From positions 1,372-65,371 of the forward strand of contig JAFIEM010000006.1 of NCBI GenBank assembly GCA_020832555.1: a stretch of 64,000 bases of DNA, written 5' to 3'. The translations under genes and the position numbers were made by a program. Below are positions 10,901 to 19,984 of this stretch, one piece after another (position 1 is the first letter of the stretch; each line of letters starts with the position of its first letter). Below the pieces are notes generated by a model, which worked only from the letters and a program-made list of their open reading frames with translations, was not told the origin of the DNA and ran no database searches. This stretch comes from Natronohydrobacter sp. (GTDB lineage: Bacteria > Pseudomonadota > Alphaproteobacteria > Rhodobacterales > Rhodobacteraceae).

Positions 10901-11355
10901 ACGCGGCGGTTCAGCATGACAAGGAAATCGACCGTGATCATCGCCTCGCGCGGGATCGTGTCGAGAAAGCCAGCAAGCAGCGGCCCGGCAGCTTCGGCGC
11001 GCTTGTAGATCACAAGATCTTCGGCAAGATCGGCGGGGTAGTCGAAGGGCCATTTCTCGGCCCCTTCCTCGGTGAAGAAATCAAACGGGTTATAGACCGA
11101 CATATCGGCGGTCAGATCGACCTCAATCTTCAACTCGGTGACGGGTTCGGGAAAGACGAAGCGCGCCAGCCAGTTGCCATAGGGGTCTTGCTGGTGATTG
11201 ACGAAATGCCCAGCCGGAGAGACCTTGAGACTATGCGCCAGAACCCGCGTGCGCGAATGCGGCGCAGGGCGCAAGCGGATGATCTGTGGCCCGAGCATCA
11301 CCGGGCGATCATAGATGTAATGGGTCAGGTGATATATACTGGCATGAATCGCCAT
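7963..11355 (-). CDS. Transglutaminase fused to DUF2126 putative amidoligase (COOH-NH2 ligase)
   Basis: [26 protein letters not shown], then [41 protein letters not shown]. Confidence 0.92.
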   Translation of the reverse strand: MAIHASIYHLTHYIYDRPVMLGPQIIRLRPAPHSRTRVLAHSLKVSPAGHFVNHQQDPYGNWLARFVFPEPVTELKIEVDLTADMSVYNPFDFFTEEGAEKWPFDYPADLAEDLVIYKRAEAAGPLLAGFLDTIPREAMITVDFLVMLNRRVSEVVNYTIRMEPGVQTPEETLAQAEGSCRDSSWLLVQALRHLGVAARFVSGYLIQLAPDVKALDGPSGTEVDFTDLHAWVEAYIPGAGWIGLDPTSGLLTGESHIPLAATPHYRNAAPITGGFSGSPETQVSFDFDMKVSRVAEHPRITKPFSDEAWDRLNAMGEKVDAALNAADLRLTMGGEPTFVSIDDFESAEWNTDAVGPTKRDLADKLIRRLRERFAPQGFLHYGQGKWYPGETLPRWTFSLYWRRDGKSVWRDPALVAQEAVDYGASAEQAGAFMQGFAEKLGITPDHAQPAYEDPAEWILKEANLPPNVSPENSELKDAEARARIARVFARGLTEPAGFVLPIQRWQSAASAPRWRSEMWKPRRGKLFLVPGDSPVGFRLPLGSLPYIPPAQYPYSYPADTSRPLDPLPDYHDSNDTRAAREQAEQDAMTPAVSQGHRQDGALKADDTHRQAMVAQGSGDPSESEVRTAIAIEPRDGRLCLFMPPCEELEDYLDLIYAAEATAQELGLPIHIEGYAPPDDPRLNVIRVAPDPGVIEVNVHPAHSWDDCVATTEAIYEEARNCRLGADKFMIDGRHTGTGGGNHVVVGGATMEDSPFLRRPDLLKSLILIWQRHPSLSYLFSGLFIGPTSQAPRIDEARHDSLYELEIALSQIGDPVAGGPLPPPWLVDRLLRNILIDVTGNTHRAEICIDKLYSPDGPTGRLGLVEFRGFEMPPHPRMNLAQQLLIRAIIARVAQDPVRSNPVRWGTVLHDRMMLPHFVWQDFLSLLDDLRAHGFDMDPEWFRAQAEFRFPFCGQIEVDDVHLELRQALEPWHVLGETGAIGGTVRYTDSSVERLQVRLTTLHQDRYRVMCNQRPVPLAKTGISGESVGGVRFKAWQPAAALHPVLPVNAPLTFDIYDTWTGRALGGCVYHVAHPGGRNYDTFPVNGYEAEARRLARFEALGHSTGAYQPAPEVPHPEFPMTLDLRRGASV

Positions 11356-11465
11356 CTGGGTCCGTCCGTTCGCTGCGCCTGTCGACCTGACCCTAGCCCG
11401 GTTCGCGGAATTGTCTGCCCCCTTGACAGGAGATTGCGGCTTTTGAGGGCGCGTCGTGACAAAAA

Positions 11466-11482
11466 TGCCTGTCCGTTAGGCG
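11466..11482. promoter_or_regulatory. Possible NtrC-type site (CGCC-N9-GGCA on the minus strand) upstream of the transglutaminase/ATP-grasp operon
   Basis: TGCC-TGTCCGTTA-GGCG matches the Rhodobacter NtrC consensus CGCC-N9-GGC; only one site seen and the motif is short. Confidence 0.3.
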
Positions 11483-11491
11483 CAAGCCCAG

Positions 11492-12544
11492 TCAGCGAAG
11501 CCGATGGCCTGTGGTCTTGTCGAAGAGGAATATCGCTGCCGAATCCGCCTGCACCGCAATAGATGCGCCGGGGCGTTCGACATGGGTGCCATCGGCCTCG
11601 ATCACCAGCTTGGGCTGGCCGTCGCGCAGGCAGTGGATAAAGGACACCCCGCCCAGCGCCTCGGTCATCTCGACGCGGTGCGTACCACCTGCCACGATCT
11701 GCAGGTCCTGCGGGCGGAACCCGGCAACAAGTTCGGACACATGCCCTGGGCATTTGCAGGGGATTACAGCGTCGCCCAGCGCGGGCACGATGATCCCCCC
11801 CTCGGCAGGCTGCGCGTCCAGCAGGTTCATCGCAGGCGACCCGATGAAGCCTGCCACAAACAGATTGTCGGGGTCGCGATACAGTTCCAAGGGCGCGCCC
11901 ACCTGTTCCACCTTGCCCGCGCGCAACACCACGATCTTGTCCGCCAGCGTCATGGCTTCGACCTGATCATGGGTCACATAGATCATCGTCGCGCCGATTT
12001 CGCGGTGCAACCGCGCCAGTTCCACCCGCATCTCGACCCGCAATTCCGCATCGAGATTCGAGAGTGGTTCATCGAACAGGAACACCTCGGGGCCGCGCAC
12101 GATGGCGCGTCCGATGGCGACGCGCTGGCGCTGCCCGCCCGAAAGCGCCTTTGGCTTGCGGTCCAGATAGGGGCCGAGTTTCAGAATCTCTGCCGCCCGC
12201 CCCACCTTCTCGCGAATCTCGGCCTTGGGATAGCCGTTCATCTTCAGCCCGAATCCCATATTCTCGGCGACCGACATATGCGGATAAAGTGCATAGGTCT
12301 GAAACACCATCGCCACGCCGCGCTGCGCCGGGTCCAGCCGCGTCACATCGCGCGACCCGATACGGATTTCCCCGCCCGAGGTCTCTTCCAGCCCCGCGAT
12401 CATGCGCAAAAGCGTGGATTTCCCGCAGCCCGAGGGGCCGACAAAAACGCAGAACTCGCCCGGTTCAATCGCCAGATCGACCCCGTGGATCACCTGCGTT
12501 TCGCCGTATTTCTTGATGACACTGGACAGATTGACGCCAGACAT
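11492..12544 (-). CDS. Carbohydrate ABC transporter ATP-binding protein (MalK/UgpC family)
   Basis: [51 protein letters not shown]. Confidence 0.93.
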   Translation of the reverse strand: MSGVNLSSVIKKYGETQVIHGVDLAIEPGEFCVFVGPSGCGKSTLLRMIAGLEETSGGEIRIGSRDVTRLDPAQRGVAMVFQTYALYPHMSVAENMGFGLKMNGYPKAEIREKVGRAAEILKLGPYLDRKPKALSGGQRQRVAIGRAIVRGPEVFLFDEPLSNLDAELRVEMRVELARLHREIGATMIYVTHDQVEAMTLADKIVVLRAGKVEQVGAPLELYRDPDNLFVAGFIGSPAMNLLDAQPAEGGIIVPALGDAVIPCKCPGHVSELVAGFRPQDLQIVAGGTHRVEMTEALGGVSFIHCLRDGQPKLVIEADGTHVERPGASIAVQADSAAIFLFDKTTGHRLR

Positions 12545-12547
12545 GGT

Positions 12548-13354
12548 TCAGGCCCTTTTCCGGAGTTGCGATGCGTCTTCCTCTGGGAAGCGCCATGTTT
12601 CGGTTTCCTGTGCGATGGTCTGCGCGATGCTCTGGACCTTTGGTACCAGATCTTCCAATGCGGCCAATGACATGCGCGCGGTGGTCGAGGTCACGGAGAG
12701 CGCCCCCAGCACCCCCCCGCGCGACGACAGGATCGGCAGCGCCACGCAGATGATGCCGGGTTCGTGCTCTTCATCGTCGAAGGCAAAACCGCGGGCGCGG
12801 ATCAGGTCCAGCTCGGCCCGCATCGCCTCTGGCGTTGTCAGGGTCTTGGCCGTGAACCGGTGCCAGCTTTGCTGCGCAAGGATGCTGGGCAACCGGTCTT
12901 GCGGCAGATGCGCCAGCATCGCCTTGCCGACGCCCGTGCAATAGGCCGGACCGACCTTGCCCGCCTGGCTATACATCGGGATCGGATCGCGGGCATTGCG
13001 CTTGTCCACATACAGCACTTGCGCATGATCAAGCTGCGCCAGATGCACCGTCTCGCCCACTTCGCTTGAGAGCTGGTCCAGATAGGGCCGTGCAATGGGG
13101 GCAAGCGAGCTTTGCTGCCAGGCGACATGCGCAAGCCGCACCAGCCGGATGCCCAGCGAATAGGTCGCGCGGTCCGGGTCAAAGGCCAGCATGCCCTGAC
13201 TGACCAGCGTCTGCAGCAACCTGTAAAGCGTGGCCTTGGGATAGGGGCTCTGGTCCAGCAGGTCCGAAAAGCGCACCGGCCGACCATGCCCCGCGACCAG
13301 ATCAAGCACCTCAAGCGCCTTGGCAACTGTTCCGTCTGATGCGGCTGCGCTCAT
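12548..13354 (-). CDS. IclR family transcriptional regulator
   Basis: N-terminal HTH (YPKATLYRLLQTL), PAYCTGVGKAML, GFAFDDEEHEPGIICVA; ATG at 13354 with GGAGG RBS. Confidence 0.92.
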   Translation of the reverse strand: MSAAASDGTVAKALEVLDLVAGHGRPVRFSDLLDQSPYPKATLYRLLQTLVSQGMLAFDPDRATYSLGIRLVRLAHVAWQQSSLAPIARPYLDQLSSEVGETVHLAQLDHAQVLYVDKRNARDPIPMYSQAGKVGPAYCTGVGKAMLAHLPQDRLPSILAQQSWHRFTAKTLTTPEAMRAELDLIRARGFAFDDEEHEPGIICVALPILSSRGGVLGALSVTSTTARMSLAALEDLVPKVQSIAQTIAQETETWRFPEEDASQLRKRA

Positions 13355-13385
13355 CACCCCTCCCAAGGCGGACACAAACATTCCC

Positions 13386-13415
13386 TTGACAAACCGTAAC
13401 GAGTCGCGCCATCTT
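13386..13415 (+). promoter_or_regulatory. Sigma70-like promoter of the galactoside ABC operon
   Basis: TTGACA (13386-13391), 18-nt spacer, CATCTT (13410-13415). Confidence 0.5.
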
Positions 13416-13450
13416 TTTCAATATGTAAAAACTAGTCTCAAATAGTGAAA
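13416..13450. promoter_or_regulatory. Tandem imperfect palindromes TTTCA-N5-TGAAA, probable IclR operators
   Basis: TTTCA-ATATG-TAAAA (13416-13430) and TCTCA-AATAG-TGAAA (13436-13450), 20-bp period, just downstream of the putative -10 box and divergent from the IclR gene. Confidence 0.55.
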
Positions 13451-13468
13451 CCTGCAAGGGAGGAAATC

Positions 13469-14716
13469 ATGCGGTTCACACTCAAGAGCGCGGCGGCAAC
13501 GCTGGCGCTGACAACGGCACTGGCAATGCCTGCAAGCGCCGAGCTGACCGGAAATCTGCGCATCTTCTTCAACGATCAGAACCCCGCACCCAAAGAAGCG
13601 ATGGAAGGTATGGTCGAGCGTTTTCAGGCCATGCACCCGGACCTGAATATCGAACTGACCCTGATCGACCGTGAAGCCAACAAGACCCAGATCCGCAACT
13701 ACCTGACCGCCAACGCGCCTGACGTGAACGGCTGGTATGCAGGCAACCGGATGCGTCCTTACGTCAATGCAGGACTGTTCGAGGATGTCTCGGACCTGTG
13801 GGACGGCCCGATGGGCGAGGAACTGGCCTCGACCCGGCCCGCGCTGACATTGGATGGCAAGCAATGGGGCGTGCCCTACAGCTATTACCAGTGGGGCATC
13901 TATTACCGACAGGACATTTTCGAGGAACTTGGCCTGTCCGTGCCAACCACTTGGGAAGAGGAAAAGGCCAATTGTCAGGTAATTCTGGATTCGGGCCGCA
14001 AATGCTACACGATCGGCACGCGCTTCCTGTGGACGGCGGGCGGCTGGTTCGACTATCTGAACCTGCGCACCCATGGCTATGATTTCCACATGGCCCTGAC
14101 AGCCGGTGAAATCGAATGGACTGACGACCGCGTGCGCGAAACCTTCGCCAAATGGCGCGAGTTGATCGATATGGGCGCCTTCATCGACGATCATACGGCC
14201 TATACTTGGCAGGAAGCCCAGCCCTTCCTGGTGAATGGCGAGGCCACGGCCTATCTGATGGGCAACTTCCTTGTCGCGCCGCTGCGTGAAGCGGGTTTGA
14301 CCGATGACCAGCTTGGGTTCTATCAGTTCCCCGAGATCACGCCGGGCATCCCAATGGCCGAGGACGCCCCCACTGACACGCTGCATATCCCGGCACAGGC
14401 CCAGAACAAGGAAGCCGCCCGCGCTTTCCTGCAATATGTGGCCAGCGCCGAGAACCAGACCATCGTCAATGACGTGCTGGGGCAACTGCCGATCAACCGC
14501 AACGCGTCCGTGGCCGATGACAAGTTCATTCAGGCGGGTTTCGAGATGCTGTCGAATGCAACCGGCGGCATCGCGCAGTTCTTTGATCGCGACACGGATG
14601 CGGAAATGGCCTCGGCGGGGATGGAAGGGTTTCAGGAATTCATGGTCCTGCCCGACAATCTGGACGATATCCTGAACCGTCTGGAACAGGTTCGCCAGCG
14701 CGTGATCGCACAATAA
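13469..14716 (+). CDS. Sugar (galactoside) ABC transporter substrate-binding protein
   Basis: Signal peptide, GGAGG RBS, WGVPYSYYQWGIYYR, AQFFDRD; CUT1-type binding protein in operon with two permeases. Confidence 0.92.
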   Translation: MRFTLKSAAATLALTTALAMPASAELTGNLRIFFNDQNPAPKEAMEGMVERFQAMHPDLNIELTLIDREANKTQIRNYLTANAPDVNGWYAGNRMRPYVNAGLFEDVSDLWDGPMGEELASTRPALTLDGKQWGVPYSYYQWGIYYRQDIFEELGLSVPTTWEEEKANCQVILDSGRKCYTIGTRFLWTAGGWFDYLNLRTHGYDFHMALTAGEIEWTDDRVRETFAKWRELIDMGAFIDDHTAYTWQEAQPFLVNGEATAYLMGNFLVAPLREAGLTDDQLGFYQFPEITPGIPMAEDAPTDTLHIPAQAQNKEAARAFLQYVASAENQTIVNDVLGQLPINRNASVADDKFIQAGFEMLSNATGGIAQFFDRDTDAEMASAGMEGFQEFMVLPDNLDDILNRLEQVRQRVIAQ

Positions 14717-14734
14717 TACAAAGAACTCCTCCCA

Positions 14735-14760
14735 GGGGGCGGCCTTCCGGGGTCGCCTCC
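14735..14760 (+). terminator. GC-rich hairpin after the binding-protein gene (mRNA stabiliser or partial terminator)
   Basis: GGGGGCGGCCT-TCCG-GGGTCGCCTCC stem-loop with no U-tract. Confidence 0.5.
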
Positions 14761-14783
14761 AACCTCACAGACAGGGGCCGGGC

Positions 14784-15695
14784 ATGTCGATCTCATCCGA
14801 TACCGAGACCAGAGGCTGGTGGCATCGCAACCAGATGCAGCTTGCGCCGTGGCTGTTTCTCGCCCCCGGCATTGCGTTTTTCGCACTCTATGTGATCTAT
14901 CCGATCTTCCAGAGCTTCAATATCAGCTTCTACCGCTGGGATGGTCTGGGCGAACCTGTGCCTGTCGGCTTCGAGAATTACCGCCAGTTGCTGGATGACC
15001 GCGCTTTCTATGTGTCATTGCGCAACAACGTCAAATGGCTGCTGCTCTACCTGCTGGCCATCCCCGGTGGACTGTTCATCGCCCTGTTCCTGAACCAGCA
15101 GATGCGCGGAATGCGGCTTTATAAGTCACTGTTTTTCTTTCCCTTCGTGATCTCTCAGGTCGTGGTCGGGCTGGTCTTTGCATGGTTCTACAACCCCGCG
15201 ATTGGCCTCTGGAATCCGCTGATCGGGCTTTTCGGTTTCTCGCCCATGAATGTGCTGGGCAACCCCAACACGGTGACTTACGGCATCATCGCCGCCGGGC
15301 TATGGCCACAGATTGCCTATTGCATGATCCTGTATCTGACCGGCCTGAACGCCGTTGACCCTGAACAGGTCGAGGCTGCCCGGCTGGATGGCGCAAAAGG
15401 CTGGAAAATGCTGTGGTATGTGATCCTGCCGCAACTCAAGCCCGCAACCTTCATCGCAGTGGTGGTGACCGTGATTGGTGCCTTGCGCAGCTTCGACATG
15501 ATCTCGGTCATGACCAATGGCGGGCCATTCGGGTCCAGCCGTGTGCTGGCCTATTACATGTTCGAGGTCTCGCTCTCGGAATACGGTTTCCGCATGGGTT
15601 ACGGCGCGGCCATCGCGGTGGTGCTGTTCCTGATCATGCTGGTCTATATCGCGTTCTTCCTGTGGCGCATGTGGCGCGAAGAAAGAGGCTCCTGA
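14784..15695 (+). CDS. Carbohydrate ABC transporter permease 1
   Basis: FLAPG, EAARLDGA (EAA loop), MTNGGP, GYGAAIAV. Confidence 0.93.
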   Translation: MSISSDTETRGWWHRNQMQLAPWLFLAPGIAFFALYVIYPIFQSFNISFYRWDGLGEPVPVGFENYRQLLDDRAFYVSLRNNVKWLLLYLLAIPGGLFIALFLNQQMRGMRLYKSLFFFPFVISQVVVGLVFAWFYNPAIGLWNPLIGLFGFSPMNVLGNPNTVTYGIIAAGLWPQIAYCMILYLTGLNAVDPEQVEAARLDGAKGWKMLWYVILPQLKPATFIAVVVTVIGALRSFDMISVMTNGGPFGSSRVLAYYMFEVSLSEYGFRMGYGAAIAVVLFLIMLVYIAFFLWRMWREERGS

Positions 15696-16045
15696 TGGCG
15701 TGGCGCGAGGACGTGAATGCGATCTGCGCATCCCTTCCGGGAGCGGAATGCTCGGACCCTTGGGGCGGCGGACATGACTGCTGGAAAGTCGGCAGCAAGA
15801 TGTTCGCGGTTCAGGGGGTGGAGCCGGGTCTGTCGGTCAAATGCCCCGATATCGAGACTGCCGAGATGCTGCGCGAAACGACAGATGCCACCCGCGCCCC
15901 CTATTTCCACCGCTCCTGGGTCAAGCTTCCCGAAGGCACGGATCTGGAGGAGGCAGCGCATCGTATCCGCGTCTCCTACGCCGTGATCCGCAAAAGCCTT
16001 ACAAGAAAGCTGCAAGCCAGCCTGCCCGCATGGGAGGAAAACTGA
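15695..16045 (+). CDS. MmcQ/YjbR family protein
   Basis: ATG overlaps the permease stop (TGATG); ICASLPGA..DPWG, WKVGSKMFA, SVKC, APYFHRSWV, SYAVIRKSLTRK are YjbR motifs. Confidence 0.85.
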   Translation: MAWREDVNAICASLPGAECSDPWGGGHDCWKVGSKMFAVQGVEPGLSVKCPDIETAEMLRETTDATRAPYFHRSWVKLPEGTDLEEAAHRIRVSYAVIRKSLTRKLQASLPAWEEN

Positions 16046-16046
16046 G

Positions 16047-16895
16047 ATGTTCCCGACCCCCGTCGAACGCCGCTCTGCCGCAGTGCAGGCCACCTATAGG
16101 GCACTGGTGCCGCTGGCGCTGATCCTGTGGCTCTTGCCGCTCCTGATGGTCGCGCTGTTTTCCGTCAAACCAGATGCCGATTTCACCCAAGGCAATCTCT
16201 GGGGCCTGCCCTCGTCCTTCGCGGGCTTCGAGAATTACACCCGTGTCTTCACCGACAGCGCCATGCCACGCTATCTGCTGAACTCGGTCTTCATCACTGT
16301 TCCGACCGTAATCGGGGCCGTCGCGCTGTCCTGCATGACAGGCTTTGCGCTGGGGGTGTACCGCTTCAAGGGCAATATCTGGCTGTTCTTCATGTTCGTG
16401 GCGGGCAATTTCGTGCCCTTCCAGATCCTGATGGTGCCGGTGCGCGACCTGACGCTGAACATGGGGCTTTATGATACACGGCTCGGGCTGGTGCTGTTCC
16501 ATATCGCCTTTCAGACCGGGTTCTGCACGCTTTTCATGCGCAATTTCATCCGCGCCCTGCCCCGCGAACTGATCGAGGCCGCGCGTGTTGAGGGTGTCAG
16601 TGAGATCCGCATCTTCTGGTATGTGGTGCTGCCCCTGATGCGCCCTGCCATTGCCGCGCTCTCTGTGCTGATCTTCACCTTCATCTGGAACGATTATTTC
16701 TGGGCCGTGGTGCTGACCCAAGGCGTGGAAACCCAGCCCGTGACCGCCGGGATCACCGCCTTCAACAGCCAGTTCCGCGCCGCCTATCACATGATGAGCG
16801 CAGGCTCGATCATTGCCGCCTTGCCGCCTGTGATGATGTTCTTCCTGATGCAGAAACACTTCATCGCGGGCCTTACTCTCGGAGCCGTCAAATGA
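16047..16895 (+). CDS. Carbohydrate ABC transporter permease 2
   Basis: ELIEAARVEG, FIWNDYFW, QKHFIAGLTLGAVK. Confidence 0.93.
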   Translation: MFPTPVERRSAAVQATYRALVPLALILWLLPLLMVALFSVKPDADFTQGNLWGLPSSFAGFENYTRVFTDSAMPRYLLNSVFITVPTVIGAVALSCMTGFALGVYRFKGNIWLFFMFVAGNFVPFQILMVPVRDLTLNMGLYDTRLGLVLFHIAFQTGFCTLFMRNFIRALPRELIEAARVEGVSEIRIFWYVVLPLMRPAIAALSVLIFTFIWNDYFWAVVLTQGVETQPVTAGITAFNSQFRAAYHMMSAGSIIAALPPVMMFFLMQKHFIAGLTLGAVK

Positions 16896-18244
16896 CGAAA
16901 ATTGCCTTCATCGGGGCCGGGTCCACGGTCTTCATGAAAAATCTGATCGGGGATGCGCTGCTGCGCCCTGCCCTGTCAGACGCCCATATCGCGCTGATGG
17001 ATATCGACAGCGCCCGGCTGGAGGAATCGGCGCTGGTCGCGCGCAAACTCGTGGCCTCGCTTGGCGTGGCCGCGCGCATCTCGGCCACGACCGACCGCCG
17101 CGCGGCGCTCGATGGGGCGGATTTCGTCATCGTCGCCTTCCAGATCGGCGGCTACAAGCCCTGCACAGTCACGGATTTCGAGATCCCCAAGGCCTACGGG
17201 TTGCGCCAGACCATTGCCGACACACTCGGCATCGGCGGGATCATGCGCGGGCTGCGCACGGTCCCGCATCTCTGGGCACTCGCGCAGGACATGCGCACGC
17301 TCTGCCCGGACGCGCTGATGCTGAACTATGTCAACCCCATGGCGATCAACACCTGGGCGCTGGCCGCGCGCTACCCGGATGTGAAACAGGTCGGCCTGTG
17401 CCATTCCGTGCAGGGAACCGCCTTTGAGCTGGCGCGCGATCTGGGGCTGGATGTGACTGACCTGCGCTACCAGGCCGCAGGCATCAATCACATGGCCTTT
17501 TACCTCTCGCTGGAAGCCCGCGACGGTGCAGGCTGGCGCGACCTCTACCCCGCGCTGCGTGAAGGCTACCGCGCGGGCCGTATCCCGCTCGAAAGCCACT
17601 GGAACCCGCGCTGCCCCAATCTAGTGCGCTACGAGGTGATGGAGCATTTCGGCCATTTCGTGACGGAGTCCTCGGAACATTTCGCCGAATATGTGCCCTG
17701 GTTCATCAAATCCCACCGCCCCGACCTGATCGAGCAGTTCCGCGTCCCGCTCGATGAATACCCCAAGCGCTGCGAAGAACAGATCGCCGCATGGGGCGCG
17801 CAGGCTGAGGCGCTGAAATCCGCCCCGCGCATCGAACACAAAGCCTCGAACGAATATGCCGCCACGATCATGGACAGCATCGTGACCGGCACGCCCTCGG
17901 TGATCTACGGCAACCATGCCAATCAGGGCTACATCCCGCAACTGCCCCATGGCGCCGCCGTCGAAGTGCCCACACTGGTCGATTCCAACGGCCTTCAGCC
18001 CACGGTCGTCCCCGACCTGCCCCCGCATCTCATCGCCCTCATGCGCACCAACCTGAACGTGCAGGAATTAACCGTGCAGGCGCTCTTGACCGAGAACCGC
18101 GAGCATATCTACCACGCCGCCATGCTCGACCCGCATACGGCGGCAGAGCTGGACCTGCGCCAGATCCGCGCGCTGGTCGATGATCTGCTGAGCGCACATG
18201 GCGACTGGCTTCCTGACTGGTGCCATGCAAGGAAAGCCGCATGA
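16892..18244 (+). CDS. melA: Alpha-galactosidase, GH4 (NAD+/Mn2+-dependent)
   Basis: KIAFIGAGSTVF, QTIADTLGIGG, NYVNPM, GLCHSVQ, TESSEHFAEYVPWF, DPHTAAEL. Confidence 0.92.
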   Translation: MTKIAFIGAGSTVFMKNLIGDALLRPALSDAHIALMDIDSARLEESALVARKLVASLGVAARISATTDRRAALDGADFVIVAFQIGGYKPCTVTDFEIPKAYGLRQTIADTLGIGGIMRGLRTVPHLWALAQDMRTLCPDALMLNYVNPMAINTWALAARYPDVKQVGLCHSVQGTAFELARDLGLDVTDLRYQAAGINHMAFYLSLEARDGAGWRDLYPALREGYRAGRIPLESHWNPRCPNLVRYEVMEHFGHFVTESSEHFAEYVPWFIKSHRPDLIEQFRVPLDEYPKRCEEQIAAWGAQAEALKSAPRIEHKASNEYAATIMDSIVTGTPSVIYGNHANQGYIPQLPHGAAVEVPTLVDSNGLQPTVVPDLPPHLIALMRTNLNVQELTVQALLTENREHIYHAAMLDPHTAAELDLRQIRALVDDLLSAHGDWLPDWCHARKAA

Positions 18245-18246
18245 GC

Positions 18247-18273
18247 TTCATCTTGCCAAAAATACTCAAACAC
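18247..18273 (+). repeat. 27-nt direct repeat, copy 1 (TTCATCTTGCCAAAAATACTCAAACAC)
   Basis: Identical to 21401-21427; begins 2 nt after the melA stop codon. Confidence 0.9.
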
Positions 18274-18296
18274 ACCCTCACCACCCGGAGCAACAC

Positions 18297-19061
18297 ATGA
18301 CCCCGATCTACCCCGACCTAAAAGGCGCATCAGTCTTTATAACCGGCGGCGGCTCTGGCATCGGTGCGGGCTTGAGCGAAGCTTTCTTGCGGCAAGGGTC
18401 CAAACTCGCTTTCGTGCAGCGCTCGGACGCCACCGCCTTCTGCGACGAGATGGAACAGAAAACCGGCAACCGCCCCCTGTTCATCGCCTGTGACATCACT
18501 GATCCAGACGCGCTGAAAGCCGCCATCGCGCAGGCGGCCGCAACGCATGGCCCGGTGCAGGTGCTGGTCAACAATGCCGCCAATGACCAGCGCCACAGAC
18601 TCGCCGATGTGACCGAGGATTTCATGGACTGGGCGCTGGCGATCAATTTCAAATGCTATGTCACCGCCTGTCAAGCCGTCGTGCCAGCGATGCAGAAGGC
18701 GGGCAAAGGCTCGATCATCAACATCACCTCGATCAGCTACATGATGGGCAATGCGGGCTATCCGATCTACACTGCTGCCAATTCCGCGCTGAACGGGCTG
18801 ACCCGCAGCCTTGCGCGCGAATTTGGCCCTGACCGCATTCGCGTCAATGCGCTGGCACCGGGCTGGGTGATGACCCCCAAACAGATGGAAAAATGGGTCA
18901 CACCCGAAGGGCTGGCCGCACATCTTGCGCGCCAATGCCTGCCCGATACGCTGAACCCGGACGATATTGCAGGCGGGGTGTTGTTTCTTGCCTCTGACGC
19001 AAGCCGCGCCATGACAGGTCAGGCGCTGGTCATTGATGGCGGGGTTGTGGTGACAGGATGA
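18297..19061 (+). CDS. SDR oxidoreductase, probable aldose (galactose) 1-dehydrogenase, XylB-like
   Basis: YPDLKG..VFITGGGSGIG, LVNNAANDQRH, IRVNALAPGWVMT; directly upstream of dgoK; catalytic motif reads YTAAN. Confidence 0.8.
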   Translation: MTPIYPDLKGASVFITGGGSGIGAGLSEAFLRQGSKLAFVQRSDATAFCDEMEQKTGNRPLFIACDITDPDALKAAIAQAAATHGPVQVLVNNAANDQRHRLADVTEDFMDWALAINFKCYVTACQAVVPAMQKAGKGSIINITSISYMMGNAGYPIYTAANSALNGLTRSLAREFGPDRIRVNALAPGWVMTPKQMEKWVTPEGLAAHLARQCLPDTLNPDDIAGGVLFLASDASRAMTGQALVIDGGVVVTG

Positions 19062-19984
19062 GCGCGCCCGGAACCGATAGTCCCGACTGGATCGCCGTCG
19101 ATTGGGGCACTTCGCATCTGCGGGTCTGGGCGATTGCCGGTGATACCGTCATCCGGGCGGGGCAGTCCGATCAGGGCATGGGCAAACTCGGTCCATCAGA
19201 GTTCGAGGGCGCGCTTCTCGCACTCGTCGCCGAGTGGCTCCCCGAAGGCAAGGTCACACCGGTTCTCTGCGCAGGCATGGTCGGCAGCCGTCAGGGCTGG
19301 GTCGAGGCCCCGTATCGCGCAGTCCCCTGCACGCCCCTTGGAGAGACTCTCGCCCGCGCCCCCACCCGCGACGCGCGCTTGCAGGTCCATGTCGTCTCGG
19401 GGCTCAAACAGGCGCGCCCCGCAGATGTGATGCGCGGTGAGGAAACCCAGATCGCGGGCTATCTCGCCCTCAATCCCGGCTGGGACGGGGTGATCTGCCT
19501 GCCCGGAACGCATAGCAAATGGGTCCATCTCAGCGCAGGCGAAGTGGTCAGCTTCCAGACTTTCCTGACCGGCGAGGCTTTCGCGCTGCTGTCGGAACAC
19601 TCGGTGCTGCGCCACGGCCTGTCCGGCTGGGACGCGGCGGGCTTCACAGTGGGGCTGGCACAGGGGCTGGAGCGTCCCGAACGCCTGCTGGCACGTCTCT
19701 TCACTCTACGCGCCGAGGGGCTTCTCGACGGGCTTTCCCCTGCCCTTGCCCGCGCGCGGCTTTCGGGTCTGTTGATCGGGGCCGAAATCGCATCGGCCAA
19801 ACCCTACTGGCTGGGCCAGACGGTCACGGTGCTTGGGGCAGGTGCACTGAGCCAACTCTATGTTCAGGCGCTCGAAACCCTGTCCGTGCCGGTCACGTCC
19901 CATCCGGCGGATGACACCACGCTTGCCGGGCTGAAACTGGCCCGAAAGCGCCTTTTGCAACAGGAAAAGCTATGCGCGAACTGA
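19058..19984 (+). CDS. dgoK: 2-dehydro-3-deoxygalactonokinase
   Basis: IAVDWGTSHLRVW, GMVGSRQGWVEAPY, DVMRGEETQI, LPGTHSKW, LSGLLIGAE. Confidence 0.95.
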   Translation: MSAPGTDSPDWIAVDWGTSHLRVWAIAGDTVIRAGQSDQGMGKLGPSEFEGALLALVAEWLPEGKVTPVLCAGMVGSRQGWVEAPYRAVPCTPLGETLARAPTRDARLQVHVVSGLKQARPADVMRGEETQIAGYLALNPGWDGVICLPGTHSKWVHLSAGEVVSFQTFLTGEAFALLSEHSVLRHGLSGWDAAGFTVGLAQGLERPERLLARLFTLRAEGLLDGLSPALARARLSGLLIGAEIASAKPYWLGQTVTVLGAGALSQLYVQALETLSVPVTSHPADDTTLAGLKLARKRLLQQEKLCAN

